Shown in pieces: positions 51,091 through 63,100 of a stretch of DNA of 64,000 nucleotides. Origin of the DNA: Haplodiscus bocki (Eukaryota); contig OZ296659.1 in NCBI GenBank assembly GCA_965655095.1, positions 17,174,001 to 17,238,000 of the forward strand, given 5' to 3'. Position numbers and translations under genes: made by a program. The first letter of the stretch is position 1. Each line of letters begins with the position of its first letter. Under the pieces are notes generated by a model. The model saw only the letters and a program-made list of their open reading frames with translations. It ran no database searches and was not told where the DNA came from.

Positions 51091-52038
51091 GTGACGCCTG
51101 CGGAACAGTAATTTAACAGGAAAATCTCAAACAAACGTAAAGGTTGTAGTAACTTGACTGAGGCAACGCAAAAAGAAAAATGGCGGAAAATCTGTATCTT
51201 GTGTTGTCTATTACAAAAAACCGTTTATGCAAAGACCATAAAACGAAAGACCAGCCATGAAAGGAAAGGCTAATCATAAAAAGAAAAACTGCAAGGTCTG
51301 TCAATCACTTTCTGTGACGCCTGCTGATACTGTCTTGACCTAATGCTATGTAAAAAATTTGATTTTAATTTCAAAAAAGCTAGTTAGAGAGTACAAATAT
51401 TATGAAAAACATTGTATAACCTGCACATTTACATTGATAAAGACTAAAAAAAGCATGACTTTTAACCCCTGTATTGTACACGTGCAGGTACTCATTTGCT
51501 ATGTCAACACACGTTTGCAACGTATTTTCAATAGATTTTGTTAAAAAGTCCCGGTTTGATTGTTGTTTCTGATCCACGCAATGTATTTAGACACAAGCAA
51601 GGACGTCTGACAAAGTAAAAAGTTGGGTTTTAGTTTCGCTCAGTGTACAATGATGGAGTTTTATAGATAATGTTGTGTTTTGCAACATTTTACGTTCAAT
51701 TAAAGCCGCACTTCTTGAACTAGAAAAAGCAATGTTCACCGGTGCAACTCCTGTTCCGACGTTTATTATCATCACTCCTGGTCCTTATACTCACATTAAA
51801 CAATCAAAGGCATTTCATGCTAAATGTAATTTGAAGGTAAATTGTGAGAAAAAATGGGTTTGATAACTAAAATTGTTTGTATGAGTGTTACAGATCTCCA
51901 TCAAGCAGTCAGATATATATGCCATGTAGTTGAAGTTTGTTCAAAATTGCATGAAGATTTTCATGACTATTGTCTCGTTATCATGTCTGATCAATTAGTC
52001 GTTGGAATTGTTTTTGGTTGCCTCTGACTGAAAAACTG

Positions 52039-55000
52039 AAAAACATAGTTTTGCGTTACAGCATGACCATTAAGCAGTACTTTTACGTCGAAGAGTCACT
52101 CAACTAACAAAAAATGGTTTGAACGCACAGCAACAAAGTCTGCATGACTGTAAGATACCACAATAAATTTGTGGCAGTTGAGAGATAAACTGTGTGTACT
52201 CAGGCTTCCTTTGCGTTTGTGTACCCAAATCATGCAATTTGAGGCCAAGCAAGCATACAAAATTTTTGAGACAGGAGTCCTAGATTGAAAATCAAAGAAC
52301 CTGAAGCCAGATCAACCAATTTTTTACTTGGTAGCATTATGCCTAAAGATGATAGATAAGCTCATGTGTGTTACGGCTTCTGTTAATTTGATTGCCAAAA
52401 AATACCAACAGTATATGCAGGAAGGTTGGCAAAAAGTTGAGACGACTGGCTCTGCACGCTATCGAAATACGTAGTCGAACAAAATCGACTCGGATCGCAC
52501 CTTCTAATACATTGACGGATGCAGACACTCAGTTTTTGCCAAAAAGCCCAATCTTAGCTCATTTTATTGACTCCGACACCCAAATTCATACCATACAGAG
52601 TTATATTACCGAAGTGTGCCTTGTCTTAATACAGTAGATAGTGTACGCTTTTTTACTTAAGCCTGCTTTATCACATTGTTGAGCTATACAAAATAATTTT
52701 TGCATTGCTGAGCTATACCCAATATTATCACATTGTTGAGGTATACCCAATATTAAAACATTAATGAGCTAAACACTGCCTTATTATATTGTCGAATTAT
52801 GGCCGATCTAAATATACTGCTGTCCGTTTTTGCGCAACGCTGTCAGCAGCCAATCAGAATCGACTAATGCGTCACCCATAGTCACATTGAAAAATCGACT
52901 TGACTAAATGGCAAGCAGACAACCTAATAACTACTTGTACTTATGTTGGTGCAAAGTTAAAACCAATGCCATAAAAGGAAATCCTGTAGATAAATCATCA
53001 TCCAATAGTTTCAGCGGGCTAATTCACGTGTATGAAGTTTGTAAAACAGTTTCGTGAAAAGTTTCAAACAAGAAACGATCAACGTACAGCGAGAAAAGCG
53101 TAGAGACTACATGGCTTATTGATATTTGAATAAATTGGACTTAACCTGCGACAAGAACCCGCTTCCATTTGTAGATTATAACTCGACCGGCTTGAACCAC
53201 ATAATTTGAAAGTAGTACAATATGTGTTCTTTCCGGTCAAAATAGAAGAATCTGTGCACTCAATAAAGACGAATGGGTAGATAATTAGGGTTAAAATTGC
53301 TTGAAAGATGCTTTGTAACTTTTTATTTGCAAGAAGATAATTTCCAGCTTTCAGGAAAGTTAATTGTTCAAGAGCACCTGTGAGTTGTCAACGAAAAAAG
53401 CAGTCAAGTTTCAACGGTCAATCGAGAAAACTAAAAAAGTAAAGAGAGGAAAGTCGGGGAAGCTGTTGAGAAATTGGGACACTGATTAAAATGAAGTGTC
53501 TCAGTTGAACATCTCCTCTTTTGCCGTCAAAAAATGCTTATTCTAGTTTGTGTTCCACATTTTTCACAAGTAATTTTTCCGCTGCCTTAGATGGAAGAAA
53601 TTTCAGTAATAGTAGTATAGCATAAGTTTCTGAAGTAAACGTAAAATTTGTGACAAGTTGACTGAACCAATGAAAAAGAAATAATGGCGAGAAAATTTAG
53701 CAAGTGCTACACATTACATTATACCATATAAGGAAAAACCATAAAAGGAGAGATCAAACATAAAGGGAAAGACCAACCGTAGAGGGAGCTGTCAATCAAT
53801 TTCTTTTGTTTTGAAAAACAACTATATACATTTAAATACTAGTTAAATGGATAAAAGAGCTTGCATGTCAAAACAACTCAAGTGGAACAAATTCCCCTTT
53901 TATGGTGACAGACTGTCTGGGAAAATTTTTCACGGGGATTAACAACGCCAGACAACGTGTCTGAGAAAATCACTCAGGCGGAACAGAGTCCCCTGATAAT
54001 GCTACAGGTTGTCTGGAGAAATTACGCTGAACAAATGGCTGAAAATCAAAATAGTGTTAAAAGTTGCACCAGGTCCATAAAAATGGAAACACCTACCATA
54101 TATGGAAATCGTTATAGCTTTGACCAAAAAGAGAAAAATTGTCAATTTAAAGCAGGTATGAATCGGTTAAAATCGTATAAAAGCAGCAACTTGCTACTCT
54201 GAACTTTCATTCTTTAAAAATCTTCCTCAACAGCAGAACTCGTTTCTTCCAGCTACCAACGTACTCAACCACTGGTGAAATTTCTCAACAATACCTGCCT
54301 ACGAACAAATTTCAGTGCTCGATCTTTGTCGAAATCGAAACACTTTTCTCTTTGCAGGAAACGATACACGACTACAAAAAAATCCGTTCTCTCGCCCTAT
54401 GATCCTACAAAGCTTGCAATTCATTCTATTTTGCGTCCGCAAGTTGATCTTATATCAAATTGTGGTCCGAATGTCAAAAAGACGGTTTCTTTTGATGACG
54501 TTGTGCACTTCATTGACGAGGAGAACATCGTAATTTCTGTAGATTTTGATTGTGGTATTACCTTCTTCTATGAATCTCCTACAAAATTTAGACAGATCAA
54601 CCGAGAACGGAATTACATTTCCAGATCCTGTGAAAACCCCCAGTGCATTCCCAGCAAAGATCAACATATCTGTTCTGTTGATGAGCAGCATAGCTTTAAT
54701 ATTTTTCTGAACCCGTACAATTTATGGAACATGGTTCCAGCAGCTTTTATGTCACTCAACCACACTAACAATACATATTCTATGTCCAATCAGTACCCTC
54801 AACAAACAACTCACCAATCTAGAACAGACTCTTATCATATCCGGTGTTCTCTTCATTGCGAACCATGGACAGTAAAAGCAAGGGCTTGCATTCTTTCCAA
54901 GATATTACTTACCGGACGGACGAGGGAACGAAACAGTTGATACAGTTGAAGAGTTGAGTGATCTCTGGAAATTAGGAGCAATGGATGGAATTCCACCGTT

Positions 55001-55431
55001 TGTGATGAACTGTAATCGTATTTAGGTATAACTATTTGTTTCAGTTGTTTGATTTCTATTGTTTGCTGGTGCAATATTTGTTGACTTTTGAAAACTTTGT
55101 TGTTTCTATTCTTTGACGACTTTGAGTGAGAAGTAAAAGTTCATTGCAAACTTCTAAGTAAGGTAACACACCCTTGAGCAGCGAAAGCTACAATTTAACT
55201 TAGTACATTGCAGCAGTTGACGCTAGCGTAATACATAGTTGCACACCCTCCTCAGCCACCATTCTCTATAAACTACTTCAATACTTGATCAGGCCGGCCT
55301 TTTGCCTTATCATAAGACATGACATCATCATAAAAGAGTCGTTAAAACCAGACTATCTATCTCTGTACGTTGCAAACCTCATAGTCTTTAGTACAATCTT
55401 GCTAAATACCATTACCTATCTAAGTTTATCG
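52039..55431 (+). repeat. Direct repeat A, copy 1 (contains 30-bp array 52600-52820)
   Basis: Colinear with 60144-64000; paired ORFs 53957/62457 and 54275/62830. Confidence 0.9.
54275..54940 (+). pseudogene. Element-borne ORF with PP1-docking-like motifs; no ATG upstream of the motifs
   Basis: 221 open codons; SILR (54425-54436) and KKTVSFDDVVHF (54476-54511); frameshifted paralog at ~62830-63577. Confidence 0.45.
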
Positions 55432-55619
55432 ATGAACACACTGGGACCAGGTTGGTTGTCCTAATATCTATTATAATATTGACCAAATTTGGAGTCCACA
55501 AAGCCTTTCCTAACAGAATAACTTGACTAACTGAACCCACAGCATATAGTCAAACATTACCGAAACGTGCCTTGTTTTAATGAACACATGAAAACTTCGA
55601 AAACTGCAAAAGAAGTACA

Positions 55620-56215
55620 CTCAATCTAACGCTTTGTAAGAAATTCAATTCAAAATCTGACGCGTGTTTAGAAAGCTGATCAAAAATCTGACACGTTGTA
55701 AAAAATTTAATTCAAATCTGACAAGACGGAAAAGTTTTAATTCAAAATCTGCTAAATCAAAAAAAAATTCAAAATCAAACTTTTTACAAAAAATTTGTCA
55801 ATCAAAATCATGCTTTTTAGAAAAAAAATGTTTCTTTGAAATCGTGCTTTTTAAAATTGCACGAAAAACCCAAAACTTGCGCTTTTTAAGGGGTAAATTG
55901 AATCAAAATGTGATTTTTTGTGTGCAGAACTTTTTTAAAAATCTGCTTTTTAAAATTAATTTTCTCTTCAAAATCGTGTTTTAAAATTTTTTTCTGGAAG
56001 ATCATGCTTTTTAAAATATAATTTTTCTTTAAAATCTGACGCGTTGTAAAAATTTTAATTCAAAATCTGACGCGTTGTAAAAGTTTCAATTCAAAATCTG
56101 ACGCGTTGTAAAAAATTTAATTCAGAATCTGACGCGTTGTAAAAAATTAAATTCAGAATCTGACACGTTGTAGAAACTTTATTTCAGAATCTGACACGTT
56201 GTGAAAAATTTTCTC
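55620..56215 (+). repeat. 31-32-bp minisatellite (CAAAATCTGACGCGTTGTAAAAATTTTAATT); inverted copy at ~59565-60122
   Basis: Visible tandem units on both arms of the palindrome. Confidence 0.9.
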
Positions 56216-59200
56216 CGAAATCCGATTTTTATCTTGTTTCTCAGGTTCTGACTGAATGATGATTTCTTCTGTCAACGTTACTACCAATTTCTTTTAAAGA
56301 GGAGAATTAAAAGACAATGTCTATTATAGATTTAGTCGCCAGATGTGCAACTGAAAGCTGGCACACGTCAAATTGTCTCACAATGTGTGAGGAAGAGCAT
56401 TATGACAAAACACAATTTTCACAGAAGTTACGGACAGAACTCTGTGGAGCATAAATTGTAGCAGATCAGCAGTGTTTTTCAAAATACACCTTTGTGAAAA
56501 CAAAAGATAACGCTTTTTAGTTAGAAATCCATTCAGTTTCTCCAATATTCATGTGTGAGCAACAAGAAGAAGAGCGTTGTAAAGAAGCTGACACCTACAC
56601 AGCATCTACCCGATATTGGCTGCGGGACGTTACCTACCACAATCTTGACGCTTATCAAAACTGACGATGTTTAGTCGAAAATCGATTTTCAAGACATGCA
56701 TGGCTCGAAACATACCTTAGGTGGTCCCATGAATTACCGAACCCTAAACTTAAGTTCAAAAATTGCAGAATTAGAGCGTATTTTGATTCATAAGTGTACG
56801 ACTTTCGCAGCTTCAAGGCTAATTCACAGTTTTTTAATGTCTGCAGGGTCTGGCTCTACACGCTATCATAATGTATTGTCGAACAAAAAATCAGCTCGAT
56901 TGCACATCATAATATTTTGACGGTCCTTTGCACTCGGTTTTTGCCGAAAGTAAAATTTTATCTCAAGCTAGGGACTCGGGCAACTAAATCCATACCATAC
57001 ATTTTTACCATGAGGAAACATACCCTGTCTTAACACATTGGTGGGGAAAGTAGGCTATCTTATTACTTTGCTGAGGTATAAGCTGCCTTATTAGTCTGTT
57101 GAACTATACCCGGCATTATTACATTGCTGAGGTTTACTCTACCTCAAGACATTGCTGGGTTATACACAATCCTAACACCTTGCTGAGGTATATCCAATCC
57201 TATTACAATTTTGGATAATTCCCAACTTTAATGCATCGATGAGTTATACCGAATCTTTACACATTGTTGAGGTACACCCTGACTTAATACATTGCTGAGC
57301 TGTTCTTGATCTTATAACGTTGCTCAGGCATATCATGTCTTATTACATTGCTGAGTTTTTCCCAATCTTAAAACAATGCTGACGTATACCCTGTCTTATT
57401 ACATTGCTGAGATGTTCTCAATCTTGAAACATTGCTGACGTCTACCTTGCCATATTACATTGCCGAGCTGTTTCTAATCTTATATCATTGCTGAGTCATA
57501 TCGTGTCCTATTACATTGTTGAGCAATTCCCAATCTTAAAACATTCCTGACGTATACCTTGTCTTGTTACACTGCTGAGATGTTCCCAATCTTGAAACAT
57601 TGCTGACGTCTACCTTGTCATATTACTTTGCCGAGTTGTTTCTAATCCTAAAACATTGTTGAGTCATATCTTGTTTTTTCTTACATTGCTGAGCTATTCC
57701 GAATCTTGGAGCTTTGCTGATGTGTACACTGTCCTATTACATTGCTGATATGTTCCAAATCTTAAGACATTGCGAACGTATACCCTGTGCTATTACATGG
57801 CTGAGCTATACTATATCTTAGTACATTGTTGAACTACGGTCTATCTTAATACTTTGCTGTCGGTTTTCACGTAACGTTGTCGGCAGTCAATCAGAATGGA
57901 GTATTACGTCACCCAAAAGGAATCAGAGAACATAAGAACCTGAATCCTAGTCGACAGCTCTCGGAGCTCTTAGGTGACGTAATACTCGATTCTGATTGGC
58001 TGCCGACAACGTTACGTGAAAAGCGAAAGCAATGTAATAAGATAGACCATAGTTCAACAATGTACTGAGATATAGTATAGCTCAGCCATGTAATAGCACA
58101 GGGAATACGTTAGCAATGTTTTAAGATTGGGAAAATCTCAGCAATACTATAAGACGAGATATGCCTCAGCAATGTTATAAGATTGGGAACAGTTCAGCAG
58201 TGTAAAAACAGGGTATACATCAGCTATGTTGTAAGATTGGGATTAGCTCAGCAAAGTGATAAGGTAAGACATGACTCAACAATGTTATAAGGTTGGGAAT
58301 AGCTCAGCAATGTAAAATGACAAGGAATACTTTAGCAATGGTTCAAGATTGGGATTATCTCAGCAATGTAAAAAGACAGGATATACGTCAGCAATGTTTT
58401 AGGATTGGGAAAAACTCAGCATTGTAATAAGAAATGATATGCCTGAGCAATGTTATAAAATCAGGAACAGCTCAGCAATGTATTAAGTCAAGGTGTACCT
58501 CAACAATGTGTAAAGATTCGGTGTAGCTCATCAATGCATTAAAGATGGGAATTATCCAGAAATGTAATAAGATTGGTTATACCTCAGCAATGTGTTAGGA
58601 TTGTGTATAACCCAGCAATGTCTTGAGGTAGAGTAAACCTCAGCAATGTAATAATGCCGGGTATAGTTCAACAGAGTAATAAGGCAGCGTATACCTCAGC
58701 AAAGTAATAAGATAGCCTACACTCCCCATCAATGTATTAAGACAGGGTATGTTTCCTCATGGTAACAATGTATGGTTTGGATTTGGTTGCCCGAGTCCTT
58801 AACTTGGGATAAGTTTATACTTTCGGCAAAAAATGAGTGCAAAGGACCGTCAAGGTATTATAATGTGCAACCGAGCTGATTTTGTTTGACAAAACATTAT
58901 GATAGCGTGTAGAGCCAGACCGTGCAGACTTTAAAAAACTGTGAATTAGCCTTGAAGTTGAGAAGGTCGTACACTTTTGAAACAAAATATGCTTTAATTC
59001 TGCATTTTTTGAAGATAAGTTAAGGGTTCGGTAATTTAAGGGACCACCTAAGGTATGTTTCGAGCCATGCATGTCTTGAAAATCGATTTTCGATTAAACA
59101 TCGCCAGTTTTGATAAATTTCAAGATTGTGTTAGGTAACGTCCCGCAGCCAATATCGGGTAGATGCTGTGTAGGTGTCAGTTTCTTTCCATCGCTCTTCT

Positions 59201-60122
59201 TCTTGTTGCTCACACATAAACATTGGAGAAAATAAACGGAATTCTAACTAAAAAAGCGTTATCTTTTGTTTTCACAAAGGTGTATTTTGCAAAAAAATTC
59301 TGATCTGCTACAATTTATGCTCCACAGAGTTCTGTCCGTAACTTCTGTGAAAATTTTGTTTTGTCATAATGCTCTTCCTCACACATTGTGAGACAATTTG
59401 ACGTGTGCCAGCTTTCAGTTGCACATCTGGCGACTAAATCTATAATAGACATTGTCTTTTAATTCTCCTCTTTAAAAGAAATTGGTAGTAACGTTGACAG
59501 AAGAAATCATCATTCAGTCAGAACCTGAGAAAACAAGATAAAAATCGGATTTCGGAGAAAATTTTTCAAACGTGTCAGATTCTGAAATAAAGTTTCTACA
59601 ACGTGTCAGATTCTGAATTTAATTTTTTACAACGCGTCAGATTCTGAATTAAATTTTTTACAACGCGTCAGATTTTGAATTGAAACTTTTACAACGCGTC
59701 AGATTTTGAATTAAAATTTGTTACAACGCGTCAGATTTTCTATCAGAATATATTTTTAAAAAGCACGATTTTGAAGAAAATTTTTTTTTTAAAAAGCACG
59801 ATTCTGAAGAAAAAATTATTTTTAAAAAGCACGATTTTGAAAGAAAAATTTATTTTTAAAAGCACGATTTTGAAAAAAAATTGCACACAAAAAATCACGT
59901 TTGATTCAATTTACCCCGTAAAATGCGCAATTTCTGGGCTTTACGTGCAATTTCAAAAAGCACGATTTTCAAGAAAAAATTTTTTCTAAAAGGCATGATT
60001 TTGAATGTAATTGTTTTTCTAAAAAGCATGATTTTGATTGAGAAATCTTTTGTAAAAAGATTGATTTTGAATTATTGTTTTTTGATTTGGCAGGTTTTGA
60101 AATAAAAGTTTTCCGTCTTGTC
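55720..60122. repeat. Long inverted repeat: arms 55720-57913 and 57973-60122, ~59-bp spacer
   Basis: GTATTACGTCACC / GGTGACGTAATAC at the centre; mirrored ORFs 56696(+) and 58815-59072(-); outer GACAAGACGGAAAA / TTTTCCGTCTTGTC. Confidence 0.95.
57020..58750. repeat. Oppositely oriented 30-31-bp arrays (ACATTGCTGAG core) at the palindrome centre
   Basis: Forward array 57020-57860; reverse array 58030-58750. Confidence 0.9.
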
Positions 60123-60143
60123 CAGTAAGCAGCAGTCTTGTCC

Positions 60144-63100
60144 AAAAACATAGATTTGCGCTACAGCATGACCAGTAAGCAGTACTTTTTCGTCGGAGAG
60201 TAACTCAACTATCAAAAAATACATTGATTGCACAGCAATGGAGACTGCACCACTGTAAGATACCACACAGAAATTTATGAGAGTTGACAGAAAAACTGTG
60301 TTTTCAGGCTTCCATTGGGTTTTTTTACACAAATCTTGGAGTTTAAGTACAAGCAAGCATACAAAATGATTGAAACATGAGTCTTAGTTTGAAAATCTAA
60401 GAACATGAAGTCATATCGATCAATTTTTTTGCTTTGGTAGCAAAATGCTTAAAACTAAATGATGAATTCGCGTGTCTTACGATTTCTCCTAATCAGAATG
60501 CCAATTAATGTTGGGACTATATGCAGGAACTTGACCGAAAATATTGCAATACCGAATTATACCCTGTCTTAATATATTGGTGGGTAGTGTACGCTATCTT
60601 ATTACTATGCTGAAAAACAGCCTGTTTCATTACATTGTTGAGCTTTACCCAAACTTTTTACATTGCTGAGCTATACCCAATCCTAACACATTGTTGAGGT
60701 ATTAGCTTTCTTATTACATTGCTAAGCACTTCTCAAAGACTAATACTTTGCTCAGCAATAACCAATCCTAATACATGTTGAGGTTACCCTATCTTAATAC
60801 ATTGCTAAGTAATTCCCAGATACTAAGACACTGCTGAGCTATATCCAATCCTAACACATTGTTGAGGTATACCCTATCTTATTACATTGCTATGCAATTC
60901 TCAAAGACTTAGACTTTGCTTTGCAATAACCGATCCTAACACATTTGTTAAGATAGAGCCTATCTGAATACATTGCTGAACAACTCCCAATTTCATTTTA
61001 TACTGAGCTATACCCAATCCTATCACATTTTTGAGGTATACCTTATCTTGTTACATTGCTAAGCAATTCTCAAAGACTAATAATTTGCTTAGCAAGAACC
61101 AATCCCGACACATTGTTAAGATATAGCCCATCTTAATACATTGCTGAGCATTTCCCAATTTCAATACTTGCTGAGCTATACCCAATCCTAACACATTGTT
61201 GAGGTATATCCAACTTTGATACATTGCTGAGGTAAATCCTAACTGATTACATTACTGAGTTATACTCAATCCTATCAGCTCGTTGAGGTATATCAAAATA
61301 ATAATCCATTGCTGAGTTGTACCCGATTGTAGTACATCGTCCAGGGCTGATCCTAACATACTGCTGTCAGATTGCGCGAAACGTTGTCGACAGCCAATCA
61401 AAATCGAGCATTTCGTCAACCGATAGCACAATCAAAAATCAACCTGACTAAGTTACAACCAAAAACCTAATACTTACATGTACTTATATTGTCACAAATT
61501 TAAAACCATTACCATAAAAGGAAATTCCTGTAAACCAATCATCATGCAAAAGTTTCAACGAGTTGATTCATGAGTATCAAGTATGAGAAACAGATCCATA
61601 AGTGGTTGGAAGCAAGAAGTGATCAACAGACAGCGAGAAAAGCGTGGAGTGACTACGTCGTTAATTGTTATTTATATAAATTGGACTTAAGCTGTACCAG
61701 AAAAACGATTCCATTTATACATATTAAATCGACCGACTTGAACTACAAAACTAGAAAGTAGTATAAGATCTGTTCTTACCGGTCAAAGTTGTAGAGTCCG
61801 GACACTCAAAAGAAGCTGCGCAGATTAATGTGTAGATAACTCGGGTTGAAATTGCGTGAAGGATGCTTTGTAACTTGTTACTTGTAGAGCAATAATTTCC
61901 AGTATTCAGGAGTGATCAATTGGTCAGAAACACCTGACTGTGTCAAAGAAAAATGCAGTCAAGTTTCAACGGTCTTTTGAGAAAGGTAAAGAAGTAAAGA
62001 GAGGTAAGTCTGGGAAGTTGATGAGAAATTGGGACACTGAGTGAAATGAAGCGACCCAGTTGCACATCTCCTCTTATGCTGTCAAAGAAGGCTTATTCTA
62101 CTTTGTGTTCCACGTTTTTCACAAGTAACCTTTTCGCTGCGGCAGAGGGAAGAAATTTAAATAATAGTAGTAGAACATAAGTTTCTGACGTAAACGTAAA
62201 TTTTGTAACAACTTGACTGAACCAATGCAAAAGAAATAATGGCAAAAAAATGTAGCAAGTGCCACTCATTACTTTATACCATATAAGGAAAGAGCATAAA
62301 AAGAAAAATCAAACATAAAAGAGAAAGACCAACCGTAAAGGGAGCTGTCAATTAGATTCTTTTGTTTTGAAAACGGACTATATACCTTTAAAAATTAGTT
62401 ATAAGGATGGAAGAGCTGTATGACAAAACAACTCAAGTAGAACAAGTTCCCCTTTTATGTTGACAGATTGTCTGCGAAATTATTCAAAGGGGTTAACATC
62501 GCCAGACAGCGTTTCTGAGAGAATCACTCAAGAGGAACAAAGACCCCTGATAAGGCGACAAGTTGTTTGGAGAAATTACTCTGAACAAATGACTGAAAAA
62601 CAAAATAGTGTTAAAATTTTCACCAAGTCCACAAAACAGAAACACCTCCCATTTATGGAAATCGTAGTAGCTTTGACCAAAAAAAGGAAAAGTTGTCCGC
62701 ATAAAGCAGGTATGAAGTAGTTAAAATCGTATAAAAGCAGCAACTTGCTACTCTGAAAATTCATTCATTAAAAATCTTTCTCAACAGCAGCAACTCGCTT
62801 CTTGCAGCTACCAACGTCCTCAACCGCTGGTGAAATTTCTCAACAATACTTGCCTACGATCAGATTTCAGTGCTCAACCTTTGTCGAAATTGAATAATTT
62901 TTACTTTTGCAAGAAGCGATGTACAACTACAACAAATCCGCACTCTCTCCTTATGATCCTACAGGGCTTGCAATGCATTCTATTTTGCGTCCGGGAAGAT
63001 GATCTTATATCAAACTGTGGCCCGAATTTAAAAAAGACTGTTCTTTTGATGACGTTGTGCACTTCATTGACGAGGAGAACATGGTGACTTATGTAGATTT

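Noticed and set aside
55664-55984. Lys/Phe-rich ORF (and 59771-60151 counterparts)
   Set aside because: Translations of the 31-32-bp minisatellite.
56696-59072. MHGSKHTLGGP ORF pair as conserved genes
   Set aside because: Similarity is explained by the inverted repeat; the opposite strand looks more like the ancestral coding frame.
55720-60122. Palindrome as a fold-back sequencing chimera
   Set aside because: The arms carry many substitutions and indels in the arrays, unlike a re-read of the same molecule.
57020-61360. 30-bp arrays as a CRISPR-like repeat-spacer array
   Set aside because: The variable parts are related to one another and recur periodically; there are no unique spacers or cas genes, and the context is eukaryotic.
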